Positions 23,401 to 36,552 of a DNA stretch of 64,000 nucleotides are shown here, in pieces. The stretch comes from Ginglymostoma cirratum (Eukaryota). Below the pieces are notes generated by a model. It did not search any database. It worked only from the letters and a program-made list of their open reading frames with translations, and was not told the DNA's origin. The translations under genes and the position numbers were made by a program. The stretch lies in assembly GCA_024137785.1 (NCBI GenBank), contig JAHRHZ010000018.1:15103471-15167470 (forward strand). Reading direction: 5' to 3'. Positions within the stretch are counted from its first letter, which is position 1. Every line of letters starts with the position of its first letter.

Positions 23401-24710
23401 ATGCAAAGCTGATTAATGCACAGTTTGAAATATGAAATATAAATATTGAAGGTTCCAAAAAAACCTAACGCACACTCAGAGGTTCATGAAAAACAAAAGA
23501 AACTTTCTTTACATGGATCAACTTTTTATAAAAGTACTTTGGCCAAATAATTGTTAATTCTTGAAGAAAAAGGATAGAATATGAAATATTCCAAATACAT
23601 TCAGTCTCACATCCTAGTGTATGTCTGTGAGTGTCACTGGACAAATACTGTGGTCACTGGGATTATTTAGAAGCAATCCATTCAGAGAATAGAGAAAAAA
23701 TCTTCCACAAGTTTCTCAGAAAAATCATAGCATCAGGTTTCCACGTCTCACACGTTGAATGGTTTTTCTAAAAAGTTAGGAAAGAACGAGTTAGATGACT
23801 TTCTTCTTAGGCTATCCAATTGCCTTTTCCAAACAATATCCAAAACAATTCAAAACATCTGACAGCCATAAATCCAGAAATATTACTTCTCTTGTAAACG
23901 TGTCCAAGAAGTTTCATAGTATGTCAGGCTCTAACTGTTTATTTGTCCGTTCCAGTAAGTTTTTTTTAAATGCCCAGTAATCTTTTATGAAAAAAGCAAA
24001 TTCATGGTCTCCACAGTCTTTCAAATTAACGAAATTTCACAATCTTTTAAACAAGAGTCCTCAAAAAATACAGATGCACCTTCATTATAATGATTCTAAA
24101 AAATAGTACATTACAGCACAGGAACAGACCCTTCAGTGCATCATATCTGCATCTTTAATTGTGAAGTTTGAAACTCGTGCTACAATGCTGATATGGCTCA
24201 AGTTCATGAGTTAAATTAATAGTCATGACTTCTTTTGATCAATATTTATACACCCAGTGCATCAATATTCTCCATCAGCCCTATTACTGTAATTTTCTTT
24301 AACTTAATATTTTAAGTTGAGCTTAGATTCCTATTTTGGATGGGTCATGCCATTTCTTGTTCTGACTAATATTGAGGAGATGAGAGACAATTTTCCAACA
24401 GCTATAGATATAATAATCTATTATTTTAGAACCATATTTAGTTAACTGTTGCTAAAATATGAAACTTTGATATTGAAATGTATCACTAAACATGTCCTAT
24501 ATCCTTTATGAATCTTTACAACATAGAATTATATACAAATGAGTTTATTAAATACCAAAAAAAATCCAAATGTTGATAATTGCCATTCATAGTTTCTACA
24601 CAGAGCCATTAGTTTAACCAATGTAGAGGAAATCTTTGGCCCTGCTAAGAATATTGCCGTAAAATGCAGTGGTTGTAAATTGTATAAAATAATAGGAGGC
24701 AAGGAAAGCA

Positions 24711-25335
24711 CAGAATCACAGAATTGTTACAATACAGAAGGAGGACATTTGGCCCACTGTGTCTCCAACGGCTGTCTGAATAAGTACTTCACCTTATGTT
24801 GTTCTTCCCATAATCAAACATGTTCATCCTTTTCAGATACTAATCAAATTCTCTTTTGAATGCCTCAATTGAATGTCTCCATGTTCTCAGAGAGCACACA
24901 AATCTTAACAACTCACTGTGAAAATGTTTCTCCTCATACCTCCATTGCTTCTTTTGCGAACTACTTTAAATATGTACCCACTCTTCTCAATCATTCCATA
25001 TGTAGAAAGAGTTTTTCTGTATCTACTCTGTCTAGAACGTTCAGCTTTTGAACAATTGTGTCAAGTGGAAAACAGTCACAACTTTGTTAATTTAACGACG
25101 TAACTGAAGCTCTTTACGCCTGAAACCATTCTCTTGAACCTTTTCTACACAACTTCTAATGCCTTTACATTTTTTGTAAAGTGTACTGGCCAGACTAGGT
25201 GCAGAGCTCCAGTGTTTTGTAGAAATTTACCAAAATCTACTTGCTTGTGTATTTTGTGCCCTTATTGGTGAAGTCAAGGATATTGTATGCTTTATTAATT
25301 GCTCTCTTAACATGTCCTACCACCTTCAATGACTA
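24711..25335 (-). mobile_element. old CR1 3' fragment
   Basis: CACAGAATCACAGAAT tail repeats and decayed ORF2 end. Confidence 0.6.
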
Positions 25336-26269
25336 ACCCTCACCCTAACCCTATGCACACACAGAAGCAAGTATTGCAAAATGCACAAGCATATGAATTC
25401 ATCTGGAACAGTTAATGGAATGGCTTTCTTGGTAGTTTTATGATTTAACTCTTCTATCCCTGAGCACTATTCCCTGCACTCGAGGAATCTGACTTGTCAG
25501 ATAATTCTGTAAGATATCAGCTACTCAACCTGAGACAGTTAGTTTTCAGCCTAAGATGGCAACATTGAATTAACTCATTAAGTTCTTAGAAGCGCTTATA
25601 ATACACATTCCTTTGTAGTGGTGGCAGTTAATCCAGCCAAACCATCTCAGATGATACTAATGGGCACAGCCATATTGTGTGCCAATAACAATTTTCACAT
25701 TCACAAGTCAGGAGAGTTATTTCTCCTCTGATTCTGGAGAGATCGATAACTTTTTTAAAAAATCTGAACTTCCAGTTGATAGATGAAAGGATGGGATGAC
25801 AATATTTCATGCATATTTTTAGTGCAACAGACTAGAAGCACTATTGATTAAACACTATTACTGTGGGCAACATCTACTTAAACTACAGTCCAGAACATTC
25901 TCCTTTTACTTTTAACACAACCGAAAAACTCACTTACAATGAGCTCTGAGTAGTCATTTGATTTTCAATTTCCAGTCTTAAGTCATTCTTATCTCTCAAT
26001 GATTAACCTCTGCTCTGTTTCCTTCCCTGTCTTTAACTCTAGAACTGTCTCTCATGGTGAGGGTTTTTCCTGGCAAATCTCCCTCCAATTCAAGCTTGAC
26101 GAATTTTCCTGCCTGATTTCGAATGTTTGCCAGACTGATACCTGGAATTGGTGAGTTGTATTATGAGGAAAGCTAGGCTTGTATCTACTGAAGGTTAGAA
26201 GAATAAGAGGCAACTTGCTTGAAGCAAATAAGATCCACAGTGGTCTTAACAGGGTGGATATGGAAAAAT

Positions 26270-27053
26270 TGTATCAGAGATAAAAGGTACTGCAGATGCT
26301 GGAGAATCCGAGATAACAAGGCGTGGGGCTGGATGAACACAGCAGGCCAAGCAGCATCATAGGAGCAGGAAAACTTGACGTTTCGGGCCTAGACCCTTCA
26401 TCAGAAATGGGGGAGGGGAAGAGGGTTCTGAAATAAATAGGGAGAGAGGGGGAGGCGGATAGAGGAGTGGATAAGTGGAGAGGAGGCAGACAAGTCGAAG
26501 AGGCGGGGATGGAGCCAGTAAAGGTGAGTGTAGGTGGGGGGGTAGGGAGGAGATAGGTCAGTCCAGGGAGGACGGACAGGTCAAGGGGGCGGGATGATGT
26601 TAGTAGATAGGAGATGGGGGTGGGGCTTGAGGTGGGAGGAGGGGATAGGTGAGAGGAAAAACAGGTTAGGGAGGTGGAGATGAGCTGGGCTGGTTTTGGG
26701 ATGCGGTTGGGGGAGGGGAGATTTTGAAGCTTGTGAAATCCACATTGATACCATTGGGCTGCAGGGTTCCCAAGCTGAATATGATTTGCTGTTCCTGCAG
26801 CCTTCGGGTGGCATCACTGTGGCATTGCAGGAGGCCCAGGATGGACATGTCGTCTGAGGAATGGGAGGGGGAGTTGAAATGCTTCGCGACTGGGAGGTGC
26901 AGTTGTTTGTTACGAACTGAGCGCAGGTGTTCCCGCCTCTTCGACTTGTCTGCCTCCTCTCCACTATCCTCTCCTCTATCCATCCTCTATCCGCCTCCCC
27001 CTCTCTCCCTATTTATTTCAGAACCCTCTTCCCCTCCCCCATTTCTGATGAAG
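26270..27053 (-). mobile_element. 5'-truncated Neptune-type PLE (family A) with inverted 5' segment
   Basis: GIY-YIG C-terminus EHLRSVRNKQLHLPVAKHFNSPSH...LGTLQPNGINVDF; 26931-27053 is an inverted copy of ~26395-26505; 14-bp TSD GGATATGGAAAAAT (26256-26269, 27054-27067). Confidence 0.92.
26373..26408 (-). ncRNA. minimal type-I hammerhead ribozyme motif (best preserved copy)
   Basis: ATTT-CTGATGA-A-GGGT CTAG GCCC-GAAAC-GTC|AAGT: complete core, stem II, palindromic ACGT stem III, GUC cleavage triplet, weak 4-bp stem I. Confidence 0.75.
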
Positions 27054-29869
27054 GGATATGGAAAAATGTTCCGTCTTGTGGGAAATTCTAGAATGAAGGG
27101 GTCACCATTTAAACTTAAAGTTGTCTATTTAAAACAAAGATGAGAAGAATTTTGTTTTTCTCACTGAGGGTCATGAGTGTTTGGAACTCTCTTACTCAAA
27201 AGGCAGTGGAAGCTGGATCTTTAAATATTCTTAAGGCAGAGGTGCATAGATTTGTGTTAAGCAAAGGATTGAAAGGTCATTAAGGGTAGGCAGGAAATTG
27301 GAATAAACAGAACAGCCATGATCTTATTGACTGGCAGAGCAGGCTTCACAGGCTGAGTGGTCTGCTGCTCCTAATTTGTATGTTTATACATTGTACAACG
27401 ATTTAGCAAGCTATTAAAATAATAAATTATGAATTTCCTCAGATGTGCTGCTACTCCACTGCTGAAACTTCACCAGTGCAAAAATCTTGTTTAAATATAT
27501 ATGGATATATAAACAGGGTTTCTGTCATATTTCTAGTGAATGTACAGTGAAGAGTAGAAATATTCCTGCGGAAATTCCCAGCTTCAAACTTGTCTTGTTC
27601 TCTTTTCTGATACAATCTAAGTAGAGTGTACAATATCTATGAAAAATAAGATAAGGCCCTGGCTTCCTATAAAAAGTTGAAATTGCTTGTCAAGCTGATT
27701 TTCAAAAATGTTTTCTCTTTAATGCCTGAGATCTCTGTTGCATGTATTGACACATTACTGTGCAAGAAACCAAATATGGAAACTCTTGTGTAGGCTAAAT
27801 GAAGAAACATGATATGATTGAATGAAAAATGCATCTCCATCTGCCTGGAAGCTCTGTACAAAGGCCTTATTGAAATCTCAGCTGTAAAGACATGTTGTTG
27901 CATCAATTTCAGATATAAGTCATTCAATTATAATTGGAAACAGCCGTATTGATAAAGTTTTGTGGAACTTCTCCTTGTTCCAGAAGTGACAAGAACTGCA
28001 AATCAAAATACAAATACAGTCAATTTCAAAAGTAAATTAAAGAAAAACTTTGTGTCATATATCTTATAGGAGGTGGGTTCATTACATTTAAGGCTGAGTC
28101 TTTTGTACACTTAAATATGGTGACTTAAATGTACAGTGACAGTCACGTTATGATAGTATAAGTAATATGACATATGAAATATTTTTCCATGATGTTATTT
28201 ATGTTTTTTATTTACTTTTCCTTACGTTTCTAGTATTTAGGATTCAGCATTTGATAGAAAGGGAAGCAGTTGCTTGACCCAGTGCTCCTGCTGAGTCTAC
28301 TCTGTAATTATCCACAAAGAGGTGAATGAACAATTTTATTTGTCGCCATATTTCTGATCCCAGTTTATAAAGTTGTATCCGTACTTTATTATTACCCCTC
28401 AGGTTCGAGGCACAAGTACTTAAACTATTTGGACATTTTTTTTACTTTTCTATGATATAGTACCAAAGTATGCAGAATCCATTGGAGTAACAAATGTACC
28501 ATAGCTGGAGTGAAATCATATCAGAAGAAAAATAGAAAGGATATTCGCTCCTGATTTCTGTTCAGTAATCTTCAAAGAGAACAGATTCAGTTTTGTCCTC
28601 AATGACGGAATAATCTGATGATTCTCATTATCTAGGCTTACATTTACAGTTTATTTCTCATTGACTGGCAACAACAATTTGGTGTGGGTGGCCAGTTAAC
28701 CATGTATCACTTTATTACCTAAAAGTGCAGAATGTTTTCCCAACAGAGGCTTCGGAATGGCAAACTATGAAAGAGTTGTAAGCTTGTCCACAGGCTTTGT
28801 AATTAGTATATGTAAAGTTATGCATTTAGGCATGCATCATTAGGCCATGTCTTTATGTCACTGCAACCAAAATCCTGGACCCCACTATACATTAAGCTCC
28901 TAGTTCGCCATATACTTGGCCCCTGGTATGACACTAAAGTATTAACTAAGCTAACCACTCATGATAGTGTAAAGTTCGCACATTTCTGCACAGGCAAATG
29001 GAATGTGAAAGGAACAGTGCTCCCTCCCAACCAATGTATGTATAAGATCTAAAATTACCATTATTATTCCTAATGTGTAAGATCTGCAGATAGTAAGAAC
29101 ATTTTAAAAAGCCTGCTTGTATATTAGTTACCAGTGACAAATTATTCACAAGCTTTATGCATAGAATTTAATAGTCATGGTGGCAGGCCCGTCCATCAGC
29201 TGGCAAGCCAATGACAAATCAACCGTGGTCATTCCAGGTTGTCCTTAACCAAAATAATGTGAATCAGGCACTCATCTAGTTGGAAATGCATCTTCGCTGT
29301 CTTCAGGGTGGATGCCCTGCCTCCAAGGGCTGCTGACCAACCATAGGAAACCCCTCTGGGAGCAGAGGCCACTGCTTGTACTCCTGTAGGATCATTTGTG
29401 GAGCCCTGGAGTAAAGATTGATGAGATGGGATTACAGAGACCAATTGAGTGGCCCCATCAGTGAGGTTAGTTTAAAGAATAGACAGGAAATTTCCAAAGT
29501 GGGTATCTCTTGCAGCCAGTAGGCCTCTCCATTGGGCATGGGCTTCCCAAATAGGAGGGTTCCTGACTTCCCACACCCAAGTCACAGACATATTCACTAC
29601 ATGTTAACTGATGGGTTGTCAATATGTTAAGGCCCCGCAGTGCTACAGCAGTGGTAGGATCAGACCCTTAAGTAGCCTCTGGATGGAAAATCTGTCCTTG
29701 AACATTTGCACTTCAAACTAAATCAGGAAAAGTTGGGAAAGAGACAGGGACTTCACACTGGAAGTTCCTTTTAAAATATATGGCCCTTGCCATACCTTCC
29801 ACCCTGATAATGGAGAAAAAAAATTAGTTAAATTAATAGCTAATAATTTATTAATAAATAATCAATGAC

Positions 29870-30615
29870 TGAGAATTGCAATAAAGGGAGCATTTTCAGG
29901 AAGGCAACCTGTAAATAGTGGAGTGCCACAGGGAACAGTGCTGGAGCCCCAGTTACTTACAGTATACTTTAATGACTTGGATGTACTGTCATCAGGTTTT
30001 CAGATAACACTAAAATAAGTGTGAAAGCAAATAGTGGAGATGACACAAAAAATCCATAGACAGATTAATTGAGTGGGCAAAGCCTTGCCAAATGGAATAT
30101 AGTGTAGGTTATAACTTTTTCAGGATGAATAAAACAGTTGCATATTAGTTAAATGGGGAAGGACTGCAGAAAGCTAATGGATTTGGGGGTCCTTATGCAT
30201 GAGTTGCAAAAACTAACATCAGCAGGTAATAGGGAAGGCCAATGGACTCTTGGTCTTTATTTAAAAGGGAATGGATATTAAAGTAGGGAAGTCTTGCAAA
30301 AACTATACAAGGCAGTAGTGAAACCACACCTAGAATACTGTGAATAGTGTTGGTCCCCTTATTTAAGCAAAGGTATACTGTCAATGGAAGCAATCCAGAA
30401 AGGGTTAACTAAGTTGAGCCTTCACTTGCTGTTATTTAGAAGTATGAGGAGGCAAATCATATAAGATGTTGAGACATATTGAAACTTATTGAAACAGATA
30501 AGGTTCGTGAGGGCTTGACAGGGTAGATACTGAGAAGTTGCTTTTCCTTATGGGACAGTCTATGACCAGAGGGCATAATTTCAGAGCAAGAGATTGCCCA
30601 TTTAAGTAAGAGGTA
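29870..30615 (+). mobile_element. CR1 RT/3' region (resumes at ~31975-32100)
   Basis: SGVPQGTVLEPQL, FSDNTKI, LYKAVVKPHLEYC. Confidence 0.85.
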
Positions 30616-30616
30616 A

Positions 30617-31970
30617 GGGCTGAATCTTACAGTTTTTTGGCTAAATGCAAGTCTTATTGAGTTTAGTGCAGCAATTCTTACCATAAGGCTGAGCAAGCTA
30701 TCTCACCAAACTTGCTGCATTAATTGCCATTGCCAGCCCAGTGGCAAGTTTCACATCCAATTTCCACTCCATCTTACCGTGTGTCTTTCCCGGAACAACT
30801 TATTACTCACCAGGTATCTGTCCTAAAACCAGAATCACTTATGTTGTTCCACCCTTGCGAGTCCACTGCATGCCTGGAAAAGTGCTGGCATCAGGCAGCT
30901 GCCTATCAGTTTCTGGGGACTGAGGAGAGATTGCATAGAATGGAAATTGGCACCATGGTTCTCCAGTAGGAACTTGGTTGATGATGGTGCAAAGAAGGAC
31001 CATCCTCTTCCCAGAGTACCACAGGACGCAAAGACACCACACCACACCACGGAAATCACCACCCAGGTTTGAGCCATCTCAAGGGTATGGGCTGCAGTGC
31101 AGCAAGAAGGTCAACAACCTCCTCTACTCCACCAGTATCAGTGCCATACTGTGCTCTCTGTTACTTCACATTTGTTCTATGTCTGCCACCACAACACACC
31201 TCACTCCAAAGCTCCTGACACCTGTTCTGTTGCATGCAATATCTTTGCTCAATTGCTTTTGTTCACCCCCATCCTCCTACATCATTAACTCTGCATCCTT
31301 ATATTCTGCATTCTCACTACCGCGAAACACCTTGGCACCTTTCCCCTCTTATCCATCAGCATTAATAACCATGCCACCCACCTGCATCCTATTCATTTTC
31401 CACCTCCTTTATGTCATTACAGGAAAAGATACCCCCATACAGGAAGAGGACTGGGACCTCTTCGCAACTAAGTGAGTACCACATGTCATTGCATTGAAAT
31501 GCTGACATTAATCTTATAATTAATTATCTTGTATTACACACCACTTGTAACCAGTGGTCTTGCTGGCTTCTGTCTCTTGTGTTTTACAGGTGCAGCCAAT
31601 ATCTCAAATAAACCTGCAGAGGGCCACCTGTCGCTCCAACAGGATATGGCCCCAATCTCTGCAGATGGCAGTGTCCAGGGTCTGGAGGAAGCATTTACAA
31701 ATTTGTCTCTTGGAACCCACATCAGCTCCAATACTGAATAGTGGCATGGTCAATAAGTGAACTGAATGTGGGTTTAGAGACTGCTCTCTAACTCATACTA
31801 ACTGATGCACAGATGTGTGTACATAGCACTGACTCACCCCAACACCTTAGGCTCCCCCCAACTTTAGCACTGCTTGTTGTTCAGATTGCTATATTCACAA
31901 GAGTGTACATGTCCGGCGGTTCCCAGCAATGATAGTACCAGTGATAGATGTGGTCACAATTGTCAGTCTC
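30617..31970 (+). mobile_element. Harbinger-like element fragment with Myb/SANT-like ORF remnant
   Basis: TIR-like GGGCTGAATCTTAC after TAA; VQRRTILFP...QCSKKVNNLL; downstream CAG|GAAAAGATA exon-like piece. Confidence 0.55.
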
Positions 31971-32579
31971 TCAGGGTATCAACGGATATATGGGGAATGG
32001 GCAGGAAGTGAATTGAATCCCAAGATCAATCATGATCATATTGAACAACAGAGCAAATTTGATAGGCCCTATCTTCTACACCTACTGCTGTCTCTTGTGT
32101 CCTTGTGGCACTGACTGAGACTGGTTAACTCAGCACAGAATGGAAATTGAACCCAATATCCTCAGCCTATATGTTTCAAAGCCATAATATTTAACTTTGA
32201 GTCAAAATATTTTTATGACTAATTGACTTCTTGAGAGCTGTATCAAACTATAACATGAGATTTATAACATCTTGGATCAAAAACATCAAAAGCCAAGTAA
32301 GTATCCTTGCAACCAGGCTCTGTGCTGATAACACTGCAATACAGATTTTTTTTTAAAATCAAAATACACTATTCAGTGGAATACTGAGATCAATTAGCAG
32401 CCAAACGCATCAATTATGGGTTTTATTCATACAATATTTATGAAATCAAGTCCTAAAATCAGTGATAGTACACAGAGAGGGTCAATTTTGCAGGACCTAG
32501 GTTACTGTGGGCATTGGTCACAACCATCCTTCCTTTAATGGGAGGGTGGACAATGCAGCACGATAGTGTCTTTGTTTTT

Positions 32580-33450
32580 TTTGTTTACTTGTGTGATATC
32601 GGCTTTGTTGGTTGGCACAGCATTTATTGCCCATCCCTGGTTGCCCTTGAGAAAGTGGCGGTGAGCTTCCTACTTGAACTGCTACAGTTCTTGTGCTCTA
32701 GGTAGACCCATAATGCCATTAGGGAGGGAATTCCAGGATTTTGTCCCAGCGACATTGTAGGAATGGCAATATATTTCCAAGTCAAGATGGTGAGTGCCTT
32801 GGAGGACAACTTGCAGGTGGTTGTATTCCCATGTATCTGCTGCCCTTGCCCTTCTAGATGGTAGTGGTCATGAGTTTGGAAGGTGCTGTCATAGGATTAT
32901 TGGCTGTGTAGTGCACCTTGTAGATGGTACACTCTGCTGCTGATGTTGGTACTTAGGTAACTGAATGTTTGTAGATGTGATGCCAATCAAGCAGGATGTT
33001 TTGTCCTGGATGATGTCAAACTTCTTGTTTTTGTCGTGTTGTTGGAGCTCCACTCGTCCAGGCAAGTGGGAAGTATTCCATCACACTCCTGGCTTGTACC
33101 TTGCAGATGGTGGACAGGCATTGAGGAGTCGGTGGGTAAATTACTTGTAGTAGTATTCCTAGACCCACTCTTACAGCCATTGTATTTACATGGCAAGTCC
33201 ACTTCATTTTATGGTCAACAGTAACCTCCAGGATGTTGATTATGGGGCAATCACTCTTGGTTATGCCATTGATTGTCTAGAGGTGATGGTTAAATTCTCT
33301 CTTGTTGGAGATGTTCATTGCCTGAGATTTGTGTGGCATGAATGTTGTTTGCCACTTTTCATCCCAAGCCTGGATATTGTCCAAGTTCTAGGACACTGCC
33401 CTAAGGAACTCTTATAGAGATGTCCTGGAGCTGAGATGACTGACCTTCAA
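32580..33450 (-). mobile_element. second LINE family 3' part
   Basis: PQCLSTICKVQARSVMEYFPLAW; tail shared with 19585-20090. Confidence 0.8.
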
Positions 33451-34179
33451 GGCCCTACAGGAGGCAATTACTTTAAACGGGCATTTTCACAGCACAAGCT
33501 GAAGGCATGTGTAATCATATTACCTTGCATGTGAAATACATGCAGTACCCAACTTTGTGCGATACAAATCCTGCTCACAAGCAATCTTGACCAAATCATT
33601 GGTCAGTGCAGATCATAATCATCCTTCTGAAGCAAAAGCTATTACAGAAGGTCTTACCCATGGGTCATAAGTCACAAATATAATTTAAGATCTCAAAAGC
33701 TGCACAAATGGGCAGATTTCCTCTTGCTTTGAACTGTACATGCTCGCTAACGTGCTGTTGTATCCAATTCTACCTTTCTTGGCTGATGAGGGAATGGAGC
33801 TCGCAGGGGTCAAGGTATCAGGAGTCAAATAGCACTTACAGAGTCCTACAGTATTTTTGCACTGTGGCTTCTGCTGCGTTAATCGCAATAAGGTCCCTCT
33901 GTCAAAGATCTCTGTAGAAGCATTGCAGACCCTCCAGGTCCCACTGTATGGAGGACTTTGCTCAACCATGATGCGAGTGATGTATGTGCTGACTGCTTAT
34001 GTTACATAGGGCCTATTCCGTTTTTGATTTTCTCCAGACAGGTTCATTGGAACCGTGACCAATGGATCCAAGCTCAACACGGGCTATCATCACTATTGCT
34101 TCAGTACAACAAAGGCTCAGGGAATGGAGGAGGAAAAGAAGCACCAGTAATTCCAGGACCAGCAGTAACCTCCAGCAGC

Positions 34180-35170
34180 TGCTGAACAGCTTCCACATGA
34201 AGAAATTGCAGCTGAAAGTCCTTTTCGAATGCACAGGAAACACAGTGGAGGCTCTTGATGCCATATTCTCCAGATGAGTGAGGCACAGACTGCGGAAGAA
34301 CCAGGACGCTGTCACAGAAATATGCCAACTACTGGAGTGGGTCCTGCAACCTGAAGGGATAGGTGGCAATCCTATCCCAATGGTTGTTAAGGTTACAGCT
34401 AAACTAAACTTTCATTTAACTGGCTGCTTGCGAGAATCCATTAGGAACTGGTGTAGGATCTCACAAGCCTTGGCTTGCAAATGTATCAAGGCTGATACTG
34501 ATGTAATTTGTGCCAGATCTGATTGCTTCATCATTGTTCCCTGTGCTGATGTCAGTGCTGCAGCCTGGGAAGAAGGCTGTGCCAACATGGCTGGCTTCTC
34601 CCAGCTACAGAACATTACTGACTATATACACAGCATGTTGAGGGAACCATTTCATAATGTGATTGACCATCAACAGAAATGTTTCCATTCTATCAACTGA
34701 CAAGTCATCTATGATCATCAGTACCACATCTTAGAATTGTGCAGCAGGTACCCTGGGACTTGGCATGATACCTATATCTTTGAGAACTCCCATATTTCTT
34801 CTTAATTTCAAGAGGCATATGTCTTACAAGAATGGTTACAGGGAGACAAAAGCAACCATGACTGATGACCCCATAAAGCAACCTAATGACTGAGGCTGAG
34901 CATAGATGCAATATTCCCCATTCTGTAACCAGGGCCATCATGGAGCAAACAATAGGCCTCCTAAAGTTGTGGGTCTGATGCTCAGACAGTTGGAGGTGGT
35001 GGTGAGGGGCACATGCAGTATGGGGGAGAGAGAAAGAGAGAGAGAGTGCCTTGCAGTACAGTCCAGACAGAGTATGCCCCACAATTCTAGTGAGATGCTC
35101 TGCACAACTGGAAAAAGTAGAGGTGATGCAATGGGCTCTAAAAAGCTGGGAGAATGGCAGCAGTCTCTTG
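34180..35170 (+). mobile_element. PIF/Harbinger (HARBI1-like) transposase remnant
   Basis: VKVTAKLNFHLTG...ISQ...AGFSQLQNITDYIH...KCFHSIN*QVIYD...YPGTWHD...LMTP; TIR-like GTAAAATTTAGCCT at 36258-36271. Confidence 0.75.
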
Positions 35171-35194
35171 AGAAGAAAGATGAGGATTTTTTAA

Positions 35195-35525
35195 AATTCA
35201 TTCATGGGATGTGGGTGTCACTGGCTAAGCAGCATTCATTGCACATGGGCAGTTACAAGTCAACCACATTGCTGTGGCTCTGGAGTCACATGTTGGCCAG
35301 ACCAGGAAAGGATGGCAGTTTCCTTCCCTAAAGGACATTAACAAGGGATGGGTCTTTTCCCCCCAACAGGCAGCAATGGATTCATGGTAATCATTAGACT
35401 CTTAGCTCCAGATATTTATTGAATTCAAATTCCACCATCTGCTGTAGTGGGATTTGAACCCAGACATTATCTGGGTTGCCAAATTAACAGTCCAGTGATA
35501 ATACCACTAGGCCATCACCTCCCCT
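35195..35525 (-). mobile_element. tRNA-derived SINE (family 2)
   Basis: GGTTCAAATCC B-box on minus strand; core GTGACTCCAGAGCCACAGCAATGTGGTTGAC; ends in the tail of the second LINE family. Confidence 0.75.
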
Positions 35526-36552
35526 ACTGAGCAGGAGGAATGTCACCTTCTAGATAGAGCACTGTAGCATCAGCACAACAACCAGACAGAATTTAATTGA
35601 TGCCCAGTTTCATTAGATGTGATCTGGGTGCATTGATCATTCATTGACTGTAAACTTGTTGCTGGAAAGGCAAGCAGTCCCTCTACTTTTTTTGTTTGTT
35701 TCTCCTTTGCTGTTTTTGATGGATCAAAGTGTACATTTGCAACTGTTTGAAGCTTTCCAGTGTGTGATAATCCCAATGAGAAGATATTAGACTATGCTGA
35801 CTATCAGGAATCTGAACCATAAGGAAGTACTCCCTTAGACAGACTTCTAAGTTAGGATGATGCTAAGGAAGGGTATTCTTTGTAGCTCAGTTCTTAAATA
35901 CATTTACATATGTGCACCTGTATTTACAGCGAACTATCAGCCGTTCCAACTATGTGTCCTGAGAAATGTTTCTTTTTAGTTCTCCTCCCAATACATGCAT
36001 CGTGAAGGACAGCTCCTGGTTGGTAGCTCTTGACCTAGTGCACAACTGATGTTTAAAAATGGTGCTAGTGCTGGAAACCTGGGAGGTTCTAGTAGTGGTG
36101 AGTACTTCCATCACTGCTGAGCTCATGATAGTACAAGCAGGGTGTAAGTAGATGTATGGTGCATAGGTAATGAGGCAAGATTATGAGAAAATTGGGTAGG
36201 TCCACAGAGAGCAACCGACCGCGAAATTCCCTAAACTTGACACTTAGACGATTTCTGGTAAAATTTAGCCTTCTGTCTTTGCTCTTGCCTAAAGAATTTT
36301 ACACCACTAATTCTGATGAAAATTCAATAACCTGAAATATAAACTCTGTTTCTCTCCATACATATGTTGCTTGGCCTTTTCAGCACTTACTTGAATTTGA
36401 TACTTATATGTTCTCATCTTAAGTTAAAAGAATGATTGAAAAGCAAAAAGAATCAGTTTTCAATCTACTCATTTTGCGAAGATTGTAAACAAGCTTTTAG
36501 TTTTTTTTAAGATAACCATTTAAAAATTTAAAAAGAAACAACAGATTAAGAT

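Larger units (their letters stand above)
26128..27385 (+). mobile_element. CR1 3' end interrupted by a PLE
   Basis: LIPG...LEVRRIRGNLLE before the insert; MFRLVGNSRMKG...WNSL after it. Confidence 0.75.

Noticed and set aside
25334-25352. TAACCCTCACCCTAACCCT as an interstitial telomere
   Set aside because: Only three imperfect units; too short to interpret
25938-26141. Candidate minus-strand exon ending in GTAAGT
   Set aside because: Acceptor lies inside antisense CR1, the longest frame hits a stop, and no protein is recognisable
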